A stretch of 58,066 nt of DNA, taken from positions 1 to 58,066 of the forward strand of contig WRGT01000070.1 of assembly GCA_009787025.1 (NCBI GenBank), read 5' to 3'. The notes under the pieces are model-generated. The model made no database searches. It was not told where the DNA came from and saw only the letters and a program-made list of their open reading frames with translations. The stretch comes from Spirochaetota bacterium. GTDB taxonomy: Bacteria > Spirochaetota > UBA4802 > UBA5550. This document shows positions 36,404-45,455 of the stretch, in pieces (position 1 is the first letter of the stretch; each line of letters starts with the position of its first letter). Position numbers and translations under genes: made by a program.

Positions 36404-37444
36404 GTGAAAATGAAAATATTATCAAGCAAACCCACTATTACACGAAAAGAACTTGAAGGGGTACTTGACTGCCTTATACATGATGAGCTTAACAAAGGAG
36501 GTTCGGTAAAAACGTTTGAGGCTGCAATCTCCGAAATAACAGAGTTCAAATATCCTTTAGCAGTGAACTCTTTAGTTTCGGCATATCTGCTTATCTTCAA
36601 GGCTTTGGAAATAGGTTCGGATGATGAGGTTATTATCCCATCATTTTTTTACAGCGCTGCTTTGAGCGCGCTTAAGCTGTCAGGCGGGATTGCTAAAATA
36701 GCAGATTCATATGATAGTTCCATATTTCCAAGCAAGGAACAGATAAAAGAGAAGATTACAGGCAAGACAAAGGCTATAATTGCAGGCGATATGTTCGGCT
36801 TTCACTTTGATGGAGAAGAGCTAAAAGAGTTTAACATACCCTTAATAGCCGATATTTCCCATTCAATAGGAACCGAATTTAATGAAAAGAGCGCCGGTTC
36901 GTGGGGGACATTTATAGTAGCATCTTTTGCTCCGTCAATGATTATTACTACCGGGAATGGCGCTATGATTTTAACCAACAATTCCCGTTTTTTTTCTGTA
37001 ATGAGAGAGTTTCGAGGATACAATGAAGAATCTATAAATTTTGATTTTACAATGACAGATCTGCAAGGCGCTATGGGCATAACTCAAGTTATGAAGCTTA
37101 AAGACTTTCTTAAAAGAAGAAGAGAAATAGCAAAAAAATATTATGACTCTGTTAGAATCACAACTCACAAGCCGCTTTTCCCTTATAATGATTCCTTCAG
37201 CTATCAGTGTTTCCCTGTAATATTTGATACACAAGGGGATAAGGTTGAAAAATATTGGAAAAAGTGGGGGATAGAGATATTCAAGGTTGTGCCGTATCCT
37301 CTGCATATTTTAATGGGACTTAAAGGCTTTGATTTTCCTAATGCCGACAGGTTGTCTAAGAAACTCTACTCCGTACCTCTATATCCAACCTTAACCAAGA
37401 AAGAGATTGATAAAATATCAAAGTTACTCAGTGCGTTTATATAA
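36404..37444 (+). CDS. DegT/DnrJ/EryC1/StrS-family aminotransferase-like protein lacking the canonical PLP lysine
   Basis: Family blocks are present (GSDDEVIIPSFFYSAALSAL, PLIADISHSIGT). Where the family has SFHxxKxITxGEGG, this protein reads SFAPSMIITTGNGA. Confidence 0.6.
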   Translation: MKMKILSSKPTITRKELEGVLDCLIHDELNKGGSVKTFEAAISEITEFKYPLAVNSLVSAYLLIFKALEIGSDDEVIIPSFFYSAALSALKLSGGIAKIADSYDSSIFPSKEQIKEKITGKTKAIIAGDMFGFHFDGEELKEFNIPLIADISHSIGTEFNEKSAGSWGTFIVASFAPSMIITTGNGAMILTNNSRFFSVMREFRGYNEESINFDFTMTDLQGAMGITQVMKLKDFLKRRREIAKKYYDSVRITTHKPLFPYNDSFSYQCFPVIFDTQGDKVEKYWKKWGIEIFKVVPYPLHILMGLKGFDFPNADRLSKKLYSVPLYPTLTKKEIDKISKLLSAFI

Positions 37445-37467
37445 TCAATTAATTTAAGGAGAAAAAG

Positions 37468-37851
37468 ATGTTTGTCCTGACAGTAGAAGATTATTTTTCC
37501 TCTGCCCATCAACTTAGAGGATATAAGGGGAAATGTGAAAATATTCATGGTCATAATTGGAGGGTGATTCTTAATGTTCAGGGTGAAGTATTGAATGAGA
37601 TAGGTCTCATTATTGATTTTACTGAATTGAAAGATATTTTAAAGAAGATTATAAGTTATCTTGATCATAAAAATCTCAATGAGATTGAACCATTTGTTGC
37701 TATAAACCCAAGTTCGGAGAATATAGCGGAATTTATAGCAGTAAAAGTACAAGAAGAGATAAATAAAATTAATGCAGGCATAAATGTTGAGTCAGTGACA
37801 ATATGGGAGTCACACACTTCAAGGTGTACTTTCTACCCTAATAGAGGTTAA
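37468..37851 (+). CDS. queD: 6-carboxy-5,6,7,8-tetrahydropterin synthase
   Basis: 127 aa. Has FSSAHQLRGY.GKCENIHGHNW and ..NPSSENIAEFI, typical of QueD/PTPS. Confidence 0.9.
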   Translation: MFVLTVEDYFSSAHQLRGYKGKCENIHGHNWRVILNVQGEVLNEIGLIIDFTELKDILKKIISYLDHKNLNEIEPFVAINPSSENIAEFIAVKVQEEINKINAGINVESVTIWESHTSRCTFYPNRG

Positions 37852-37854
37852 TCT

Positions 37855-38205
37855 CTAAGGGATGAGCTCTTGAATCTTATTCTTTAGTTCATCAAGATTT
37901 GAAGATTTAGTTAAATATGCATCTGCCGTCCATGTCATAAAATTGCTTTTGTAATTGGAATAGGCTGTATAAATTATTACAGGTATTTTTTTCTCCATAG
38001 TAATAACTTTCCCGAGCGTCTCTATTCCATCCATTTCAGGCATTCTTATGTCCATTATTATTAAATCAAAATGGTCATTCTTGATTAGCTCTATAGCTGT
38101 TTTCCCATTTGATGCTTTTACAATCTCATAACCGGATTCAATAAGCTCCTCGCCATAGAGATCGCGTAAGTTCTTCTCATCTTCAACTATAAGTAATTTT
38201 GGCAT
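37855..38205 (-). CDS. single-domain CheY-like response regulator
   Basis: MPKLLIVEDE..DLIIMDIRMPEMDG..PVIIYTA receiver motifs. I prefer ATG 38205 (AAGGA SD) over the track start 38238. Confidence 0.85.
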   Translation of the reverse strand: MPKLLIVEDEKNLRDLYGEELIESGYEIVKASNGKTAIELIKNDHFDLIIMDIRMPEMDGIETLGKVITMEKKIPVIIYTAYSNYKSNFMTWTADAYLTKSSNLDELKNKIQELIP

Positions 38206-38379
38206 AAGATTTATCCTTAGTTTTTTTAAGTAATTCAATTGCGATGAAACAGGTTTTTATCAACTAATTCTTAATTATAAATAAACGCATTATAATATTA
38301 TCAATTTTTTAGCTTTTTTCCTTCTATATGTTAGACTTAATAATTAAGTTATGTTACTATAGATAACACTAAACAATAA

Positions 38380-40485
38380 TTATTCAATAAAAATTTCGTT
38401 TTTTGCTTTTTTTTGTTCAGTTGTAGGCAGCGGCAATTTAATGACAAATTCAGCGCCTCTACCTGTATTATTTGAAACTGTAATTATTCCATTGTGATCT
38501 TTAATTATTCTTTTTACATTGGCAAGTCCAAGACCTACGCCTGTTACCTTTGTTGTAAAAAACGGTTCAAATACTGTATCAGGATCATTAACTTGAATTC
38601 CAGTACCGCTATCTCTTATCTTAATAACAGCATATGAATCATCAGAATATGATACTATCGAAAGATTGCCGCCTGAAGGAGTTGCCTCTATTGCATTTTG
38701 AAATAGATTTAAAAAGACCTGTTTCAACTGGTTAAAATCAGATTTAACATTTGGAAGATTTTCTGCGAGATTCATATTAACCTTAATATTCATTTCCAGA
38801 AGAACGTTTTTTAGCAGTTTATATGTATCCCTTATTACATGATTTACATCATTGAATTCTTTTATATGCTTAAATGGCTTTGTAAAATCCATTACATTTG
38901 ATAAGATTTTTTCAAGGCGCTCTGACTCTTCCAGTATAATATCTGCCGAATTAATGATACTTTTTATATCTATATTATTTTCTGTTGAAACTTTAAGGAT
39001 CCGCTTTGCATAACCGCCCATTGTCACAAGCGGATTTCTTATTTCATGGGCAATATGAGATGCAATTTTACCTACGGCAGCCATTTTTTCAGATTCAATA
39101 ATAGCATCTTGTCTCTCTTCAAGTTTTTTCATCTCTTTTCTTATTTCAATGAGATTAAGATGGCTTTCAATTAAGACTGCAGATTGAAAAGAGAAAACAG
39201 AGAGCAGGTCAATACTCTGCGCTGATATTCCGGTCATATTATATTTATTATCTGCAACAATAATACCAATTACTTTTTTAAATGATATCATGGGCATTAT
39301 TAGAAATTCATTTACATCCATGAATTTTATTATTTCTTCACTTACCCTGTCGTCATTTTCTGCATCGCGCACATGTATCTTTTCCATTCTCTTTACAGCT
39401 TGAGTAAATACATTATCTTCCGAAAGGCTGACGCTGTAATTTTGTACTTTTTGTAATAAGGCGCCTCTTTTTATCTCAATAGAATATTGTGTAGTAACAT
39501 CAATGGCGGCTGATGAAAGAGAAGTCCATATCTCTATAGCTTCTTCAAATGAATCCGGTCCAACTGCCATCTTTCCCTGAAGCATATCGTTCTCTACCAT
39601 GAAAAGCATTGCTCTGTTAAATCCAAGACCTGAGCTTGATGTTACACCGGAGAGTATATTATAGGATGTAATTTCAGCCTCATTTTCATCACCCATAGTC
39701 TCTGAAATATGGCTTAGAATTGATGCATGATAATCTTTGCTGAAACGGTCTGTAATATCGTCAATAATAAGCGCAATCTGCTCTTCGGCGCCAAGGTTCA
39801 TGCTTGAAATTTTAATATCTGACATCATCGATTTTTTATTAACAGACATTAAATGTACATTTTGAAGCACAACAGAGCTGCTGTCTTTATCTTTTAGAAC
39901 ATGGTTAATCCCTGCCTTAAGCCTTTTATTTTCAAAGTAAAAGACGCTGCTTAAATCTTTGCCGGATATCTTTTCAAGTTCAAAATTGAATTTTTTACAG
40001 AAACTATCATTAGCGTAGAGAATTTTTTTGTTTTTATCTATTACAATAAACTGAGAGTTAATTGAGTATATTATATGGCTGTATATTTCATGAAATTTTT
40101 TGAGCTCATCGCTTTGAGATGACACTATGGATTCAAACTGTTTTCCGACATTGAGCAGTTCTTTTGATACCTGTAAGATATCTTTTGGAGTATTGGTGTC
40201 ATACTCTGTTAATACAAATTTTCCCTTTTTAAATTCATCAATAATTTGACTTAGACGTTTGAGATTTTTCCATATAAAAAATCCCATCTTGTAATAATAA
40301 AAATAGAGTCTTATAAGAAAATATATTAGCATTCCGGCAACGAGAATATAGAATGTAGATTTCTTTATATCCTCTGTGTATGCCAGGAGTCCCAAAATAA
40401 AACCTGCTATGATAAGGTTTGGTAAAAAGATTTTGAATACCCAATATAGAATATTTTTTAATCTTGCAATTTTTATATCAAACAT
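38380..40485 (-). CDS. membrane sensor histidine kinase (2 TM, PAS-like, GAF-like, HisKA, HATPase_c)
   Basis: H-box SHIAHEIRNPL, N-box FLNLFQNAIEA, and G-boxes RDSGTGI and GVGLGLANV. Confidence 0.85.
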   Translation of the reverse strand: MFDIKIARLKNILYWVFKIFLPNLIIAGFILGLLAYTEDIKKSTFYILVAGMLIYFLIRLYFYYYKMGFFIWKNLKRLSQIIDEFKKGKFVLTEYDTNTPKDILQVSKELLNVGKQFESIVSSQSDELKKFHEIYSHIIYSINSQFIVIDKNKKILYANDSFCKKFNFELEKISGKDLSSVFYFENKRLKAGINHVLKDKDSSSVVLQNVHLMSVNKKSMMSDIKISSMNLGAEEQIALIIDDITDRFSKDYHASILSHISETMGDENEAEITSYNILSGVTSSSGLGFNRAMLFMVENDMLQGKMAVGPDSFEEAIEIWTSLSSAAIDVTTQYSIEIKRGALLQKVQNYSVSLSEDNVFTQAVKRMEKIHVRDAENDDRVSEEIIKFMDVNEFLIMPMISFKKVIGIIVADNKYNMTGISAQSIDLLSVFSFQSAVLIESHLNLIEIRKEMKKLEERQDAIIESEKMAAVGKIASHIAHEIRNPLVTMGGYAKRILKVSTENNIDIKSIINSADIILEESERLEKILSNVMDFTKPFKHIKEFNDVNHVIRDTYKLLKNVLLEMNIKVNMNLAENLPNVKSDFNQLKQVFLNLFQNAIEATPSGGNLSIVSYSDDSYAVIKIRDSGTGIQVNDPDTVFEPFFTTKVTGVGLGLANVKRIIKDHNGIITVSNNTGRGAEFVIKLPLPTTEQKKAKNEIFIE

Positions 40486-40573
40486 ATAATACCGCTTTTA
40501 ATAATTGACTTTTTAATATAGTTTTAATTTGCATTAAATATAACAACTATATCTTTTATTATTTCAAGAAATT

Positions 40574-40602
40574 TTGCAAGATTAATATAATCAATTTATA
40601 AT
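40574..40602 (+). promoter_or_regulatory. candidate sigma70 promoter upstream of rdgB
   Basis: TTGCAA (40574-40579), 17-nt spacer, TATAAT (40597-40602). It is embedded in a 9-bp inverted repeat, CAAGAAATT..AATTTCTTG. Confidence 0.5.
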
Positions 40603-40612
40603 TTCTTGCAGG

Positions 40613-40705
40613 GGCGAACTGTAACAAAATTCCTATTTTGCGTCATTGCTGTACATGTATCTAACTAACATGCACAACATATTGCCGGATTTTTGTTACA
40701 GCGCC
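40613..40705 (+). repeat. long imperfect hairpin in the rdgB 5' region carrying GCGTCATTGC / GTACATG words
   Basis: ggcg..ctgtaacaaaattcc (40613-40633) pairs with ggatttttgttacagcgcc (40687-40705). The interior, gcgtcattgctgtacatgtatctaactaacatgcaca, resembles the head of the 19.1-kb and 48.7-kb elements. Confidence 0.6.
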
Positions 40706-40733
40706 ATAGTAAAATTCGCAATGGACATAATAG

Positions 40734-41327
40734 ATGAAAATTGTAGCAGCATCTTCAAATAAGAATAAAATATTAGAGATTAAAGATAAGTTTTCTTCAA
40801 TCTCCGAATTAGAGATTATTCCTTTATCGGAATACGGCAATATCCCTGAGATTATTGAAGACGGCGATACATTTTTAGAGAATGCAATAAAAAAGGCAAA
40901 AGTAATCAGAGACTATACGGGCGAGATAACTATTGCCGATGATTCCGGTCTTGTAGTTGACTTTTTAAACGGAGAGCCGGGTGTATATTCTGCAAGATAT
41001 GGCGGAAAAAATTTGACGGATATAGACAGATATAATCTTATACTTGAGAAGATGGGTGATGTTGAATTTGATAAACGCACTGCAAGATTTATATGCGCAA
41101 TAGTTATTGCATTCCCCAATGGAAAAATAATTACAGCAGAAGAGAAATGTGAAGGTATAATTGCATATAAGCCCGGCGGGACAATGGGATTCGGCTATGA
41201 CCCCATATTCTATCTCCCTGAACTTAAATCTACTATGGCAGAGATATCTCTTTCGGAGAAGAATAAAATAAGCCACAGGGGCAAAGCCTTAGAGTCTGCG
41301 TATAAACTTTTTTTAGATGAAGTATGA
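40734..41327 (+). CDS. rdgB: non-canonical purine NTP pyrophosphatase (dITP/XTP pyrophosphatase, RdgB/HAM1 family)
   Basis: 197 aa. Has ASSNKNKILE, ADDSGL.VD.LNGEPGVYSARY, GFGYDPIF and SHRGKAL motifs. Confidence 0.9.
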   Translation: MKIVAASSNKNKILEIKDKFSSISELEIIPLSEYGNIPEIIEDGDTFLENAIKKAKVIRDYTGEITIADDSGLVVDFLNGEPGVYSARYGGKNLTDIDRYNLILEKMGDVEFDKRTARFICAIVIAFPNGKIITAEEKCEGIIAYKPGGTMGFGYDPIFYLPELKSTMAEISLSEKNKISHRGKALESAYKLFLDEV

Positions 41328-41956
41328 ATAATAAAATGACTAATAAACGTTCAGGTAAGATATTATCTTTACTATATAACTATTATGGCGAGACTAATCC
41401 TGACCTTGAATTTACTAATATATATGAGTTGACTATTGCTGTTGTATTGTCTGCACAGACAACAGATAAGCAGGTGAATAGCGTAACAGGCGATTTGTTT
41501 AGAGTTTATCCTGATTTTGAAAGTTTAAGCAGGGCAGACATTTCAGATGTTGAAAGGATTGTTAAAAGTACCGGCTTCTACAAGAATAAGGCGAAAAATA
41601 TAATTTCATTATCTCAAATGGTATGCTCAAGATTTAACGGTAAGCTGCCGGACGACATTGAAAACTTAATGGCATTGCCGGGCGTTGGGAGGAAATCGGC
41701 TAATGTTATTTTATCTATAGGCTTTAATAAGCCCGGACTTGCAGTTGATACGCACGTATTAAGGATCGCAAACAGGTTAGGCTATAGCTCAAGTGAGTCT
41801 CCTTTTGAGGTTGAAAAGGATTTATGCAGGGTAATAGACCCATCGGAATGGAAGAAGACTCATCTTCTGTTTATTAAACATGGAAGAGAATTATGTAAAG
41901 CAAGAAATCCGAAGTGCAGTTTATGTCCTGTTAAAAAAAATTGTAATTATCATTAG
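41324..41956 (+). CDS. nth: endonuclease III
   Basis: HhH-GPD (LPGVGRKSANVIL, AVDTHV.RI) and a C-terminal 4Fe-4S Cys cluster (CKARNPKCSLCPVKKNC). Confidence 0.9.
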   Translation: MNNKMTNKRSGKILSLLYNYYGETNPDLEFTNIYELTIAVVLSAQTTDKQVNSVTGDLFRVYPDFESLSRADISDVERIVKSTGFYKNKAKNIISLSQMVCSRFNGKLPDDIENLMALPGVGRKSANVILSIGFNKPGLAVDTHVLRIANRLGYSSSESPFEVEKDLCRVIDPSEWKKTHLLFIKHGRELCKARNPKCSLCPVKKNCNYH

Positions 41957-41958
41957 GT

Positions 41959-43293
41959 TTATTGTTTTCTATCATTTTTTATTTCTGATATGTAATCTCT
42001 AAAGTACAGGATAACATCAACATTATATTTTTCTTTACCTAATTCAAAAGAAGGGTCTTTCTTTGTTATTGTTTTCAAAGAGGAATAGGCTGCCTCTGAT
42101 TCCAATCTTTCTATGCTTGTTACATTATCTAATAAGAACTCCATTGTATCCGTATCATCCGTATATGACAGGGATTTCAAAATGACTATTTTCATAGTCA
42201 GATTAGTCTCATCATACAACTTATAAAATTCTTTTTTATTATCTCTGTAATATCCTCCAAAATACTTAATAAATTCCGTTAAATCCGCGCTGCTCAATGG
42301 TGATGTGAGTAATTGGGAAGAGGCGTAATTTTTTATTACTTCAAAGTTTAGTTTTATATTATACTTATTTAAATATTTAAATATCTCTTCATTTTTTTCT
42401 ATTCTATTCTGTACAAGTAACATCTCCCAATCCTGAATAGAATAATTGGTCTCTTTGCCGTATATGTCTATAAGCTTAAAAACATTTTTAATTTCTTCTG
42501 TTTTTTCACAGTCGAGTATGCTTTGCAGCATGTCATCAATTGGAAATACAAAACCTGATTTTAGCAGTACATTTCCCGAAATATAGAATGAAGAACTCCC
42601 CTTTGTAGATGTGAAGAATGTTCCTGTAAAGAAAAGTATTATAGAGGTTTGTATTATTATACATGATAGAATAGATATAATTATTGATTTTACTGTTCTC
42701 CATTCGGACTTAGAGTAGTCATATATCAGTATAAACAAAAATATTATATACTTTGAAGATTTAATACCTATAACGCCGTAACCGGGGTCAAAGACTATAT
42801 AAAGGATTTTATCAAGTGCAAAGTATAGAAGCGAGAATATAATAAACAGCGGAATAGATATTTCAGGTCTTTTCTTCTGCTTAAGAACAATAAAGAGAAT
42901 GAGAGAGTATATTGCCGTATTGGAAAATCTTCCGTCAAAAAGTCTTAACACAGGTTCAATGGGCCAATTGGGAGTATTAATATAGTTAATGAGAGTGAAT
43001 AGTATTGTTAAAATATATATAAAAAAGAATGGAAAGACCCGCAGCACTATGAAAAGCAGATAAACGCCTTTTTCTCCGTAGGCTGACTTATATTCTCCTC
43101 TATAGTCATCTGAATTAATCTGTGAAAATATAAAGCTGATATAAAATGACAGAACCATTATATAGACTCTTGTTATTATTGAGACTCCGCCCCAGTTATA
43201 TTTAATATTAAATATAAGGTTTACAATGAGCAGCGGTATAAGTAGTATGAGAAAGTGGTCTATTTTTTTGAGTTGTTCTTTTATAATTTGCAT
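41959..43293 (-). CDS. hypothetical polytopic membrane protein with a ~200-aa soluble C-terminal domain
   Basis: 444-aa ORF with roughly 8-10 hydrophobic helices followed by a helical soluble region. No recognisable motif. Confidence 0.5.
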   Translation of the reverse strand: MQIIKEQLKKIDHFLILLIPLLIVNLIFNIKYNWGGVSIITRVYIMVLSFYISFIFSQINSDDYRGEYKSAYGEKGVYLLFIVLRVFPFFFIYILTILFTLINYINTPNWPIEPVLRLFDGRFSNTAIYSLILFIVLKQKKRPEISIPLFIIFSLLYFALDKILYIVFDPGYGVIGIKSSKYIIFLFILIYDYSKSEWRTVKSIIISILSCIIIQTSIILFFTGTFFTSTKGSSSFYISGNVLLKSGFVFPIDDMLQSILDCEKTEEIKNVFKLIDIYGKETNYSIQDWEMLLVQNRIEKNEEIFKYLNKYNIKLNFEVIKNYASSQLLTSPLSSADLTEFIKYFGGYYRDNKKEFYKLYDETNLTMKIVILKSLSYTDDTDTMEFLLDNVTSIERLESEAAYSSLKTITKKDPSFELGKEKYNVDVILYFRDYISEIKNDRKQ

Positions 43294-43392
43294 TATATCA
43301 CCATGTCAGATGGTTTACTATATGTTGTAAAATTCAATAATAAAAAATAAAATGCAAATTACAAATTACAATCAAAAAACTTTTTTTAAATA

Positions 43393-43421
43393 TTGACAGC
43401 CTTTTTTTTCTATAATATTAT
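43393..43421 (+). promoter_or_regulatory. candidate sigma70 promoter of the mntA-hepT operon
   Basis: TTGACA (43393-43398), 17-nt spacer, TATTAT (43416-43421). ATG 43429 follows 7 nt later and has no SD. Confidence 0.45.
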
Positions 43422-43428
43422 TGCTTGC

Positions 43429-43854
43429 ATGGAAAATATACATAATCAAAATATTCTTCGCTATGGTGGCAAAATCGTAGAATTTCTTAAGAGCGGACTT
43501 AACCTTATAGCTGTATATCTCTACGGCTCAATACTTAATGAAAGATTCGACAATGAAAGCGATATTGATATTGCAGTTATAACCGAAGATAAAACCGATT
43601 ATGTTAAGCTCTATGAAATGGCTGCCGATCTTTCTGTCTTAATAAAAAGGGATGTTCATCTTGTGGACTTTGTTTCAGCTACCGATATATTAAGAATTGA
43701 AATTTTAAAAAATAAAAATGTAATATTCTGCAGTAATGATGATAAAAGGTTATACTATGAGATGATTGCGCTGACCTCATATCAGAAACTAAACGAAGAG
43801 AGAGAAATAGCAATAAGAAGTAAATATGGAGATAATGTGTGGATGTCCTTATAA
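43429..43854 (+). CDS. mntA: nucleotidyltransferase-domain antitoxin (MNT, MntA-like)
   Basis: Minimal NTase motifs LYGSILNERFDNESDIDIAV (GS..D.D). I prefer ATG 43429 (MENIHNQ..) over the track start 43393. Confidence 0.75.
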   Translation: MENIHNQNILRYGGKIVEFLKSGLNLIAVYLYGSILNERFDNESDIDIAVITEDKTDYVKLYEMAADLSVLIKRDVHLVDFVSATDILRIEILKNKNVIFCSNDDKRLYYEMIALTSYQKLNEEREIAIRSKYGDNVWMSL

Positions 43855-44246
43855 GCAAACTTGAATCTATCAAAGCCTGCATTAACCGAATCCTTGAAGA
43901 GTATGACGGAGATAGAGAAAACTTAGAGAATATTACGAAACAGGATTCAATCATATTAAACATTCAACGAGCATGCGAACTCTCAATTGATGTTGGGAAT
44001 TATATTATCTCTAAAGAAAAATATAGAGTTCCTAAAGTTTCGCGGGAGATTTTTGAAATCTTAAAAGATAATTCTATTATTGAAGATAATTTATCTATAA
44101 ATATGCAGAAAATGGCAGGATTTAGAAACATAGCAATTCATGATTATAAAAGGATAAATATATCTATTGTAGAATCTATTATAGTAAATAATCTTGAAGA
44201 TTTCGAGATGTTTATTAATTCCATATTAAAATATATGAATGAATAA
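43839..44246 (+). CDS. hepT: HEPN-domain (DUF86) toxin, HepT-like
   Basis: Rx4-6H motif in MAGFRNIAIHDY. Overlaps the end of mntA by 16 nt. GTG start. Confidence 0.75.
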   Translation: MDVLISKLESIKACINRILEEYDGDRENLENITKQDSIILNIQRACELSIDVGNYIISKEKYRVPKVSREIFEILKDNSIIEDNLSINMQKMAGFRNIAIHDYKRINISIVESIIVNNLEDFEMFINSILKYMNE

Positions 44247-44325
44247 AATTTGCGTCATGTGTTGATTTTTGAACACGCCAGTTTATTAGAAATATCAAAA
44301 AAATTTATATTTTATGGAGGATTAA

Positions 44326-45091
44326 ATGAGAAAACTTTTACTATTAGCATTTATGGCAATATTCATAGGTATTATTATACCATTTAAGGTATATGCCGTT
44401 GATATATCAGTCGGAGCAACAACATGGTACGCATGGCAGGAGCGTACTTATACTGAGTGGGACCTTGATGGGGCAAAACTGGATGTAGATCCGGCATTCT
44501 TCTATGGTCCGGCTGTATCTGTAAAATTTAATGACGACTTTAATTTAACATTTGTCTATCTCTATGGTAAATTTGATGGGGAAGAGGGGGGGCGTTTTTA
44601 CGGGAAAAACAAAATTAAAATTCAAGAGACAAGATAGTGACCTTGCTCTTAGCTACAGGTTAAATGATTATTTCAAAGTTTTTTGCGGAATAAAGTATAT
44701 TGGATATTCAATGATATCATTAAATGGAAGTGGACTTACTAATAAACATAATGGTTATGGTCCGGGTTTAGGATTAAGCGCTACTTTCCCAATTATTGGT
44801 AATTTATTCCTAATCGGTAATGTGGCAGGTATATATTTATGGGGTAAGGTAAAAGTTACATTACCTTGGACTGATAAAGACGCTAAATATAAAGAAAAGG
44901 GAGTTAACTCAACTCTACAATTTGCATATTATATAGAGCCTGTATCAACAGTAATAAGCCTTGGAGGAAGATTTCAGTATATTGTGACAGAGTATTATGA
45001 TAATGACGGTATGGAGGATCTTTTTATTGCTAATAATAAAACTAAATTTTATGGTATTACACTAACAGCAACATATAATTTCAACATATAG
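44326..45091 (+). pseudogene. small outer-membrane beta-barrel protein, paralogue 3, frameshifted at a G7 tract (phase-OFF or pseudogene)
   Basis: ORFs 44326..44637 and 44552..45091 together are collinear with the OMPs at 20285 and 21974. The frames switch at G7 (44586-44592). Confidence 0.8.
44586..44592. repeat. poly-G tract (G7) inside OMP paralogue 3
   Basis: Counted directly: gaagaGGGGGGGc. Confidence 0.95.
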
Positions 45092-45360
45092 TATTTTTAC
45101 CTTTGCATTTAGTAAACTTAACTGCGGGATAATATATTTTGTGTATTATCCCGCAGTTTATAAAAAATATGACTATTCTGCACAATCATCTGCTTCATAT
45201 AAATTTTTTTAATTACATAACATTTTGATATCTATAACAATAGCGTAATAATATAACTAATCGCGCTAAGCCCGACATAGTTACGCTGAGCCTGACATTT
45301 AATGATTTGACTTTTACGGTAATTGTCTTAAAAATGTACGGTAATAACTCATGAGAAATG

Positions 45361-45400
45361 ATATGCCCATTGATAAAGAAATAATCGACTCTGTAATTGA
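45361..45400. repeat. left copy of a 40-bp perfect direct repeat (duplicate of the suhB start)
   Basis: atatgcccattgataaagaaataatcgactctgtaattga is identical to 46230-46269. Confidence 0.95.
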
Positions 45401-45418
45401 CAAACATATTTAAAAAGC

Positions 45419-45447
45419 TTGACAAATACGTATCCCGTGAATATATT
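45419..45447 (+). promoter_or_regulatory. candidate sigma70 promoter of vapBC with two ATACGTAT palindromes
   Basis: TTGACA (45419-45424), 17-nt spacer, TATATT (45442-45447). AATACGTAT occurs in the spacer and again just downstream of the -10, so these are possible operator half-sites. Confidence 0.55.
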
Positions 45448-45455
45448 TAATACGT

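Noticed and set aside
45213-45425. Minus-strand ORFs 45213..45425 and 46136..46423 sharing NYRVDYFFINGHI.
   Set aside because: The shared peptide is simply the antisense reading of the 40-bp direct repeat (the suhB start). This is not evidence for a gene family.
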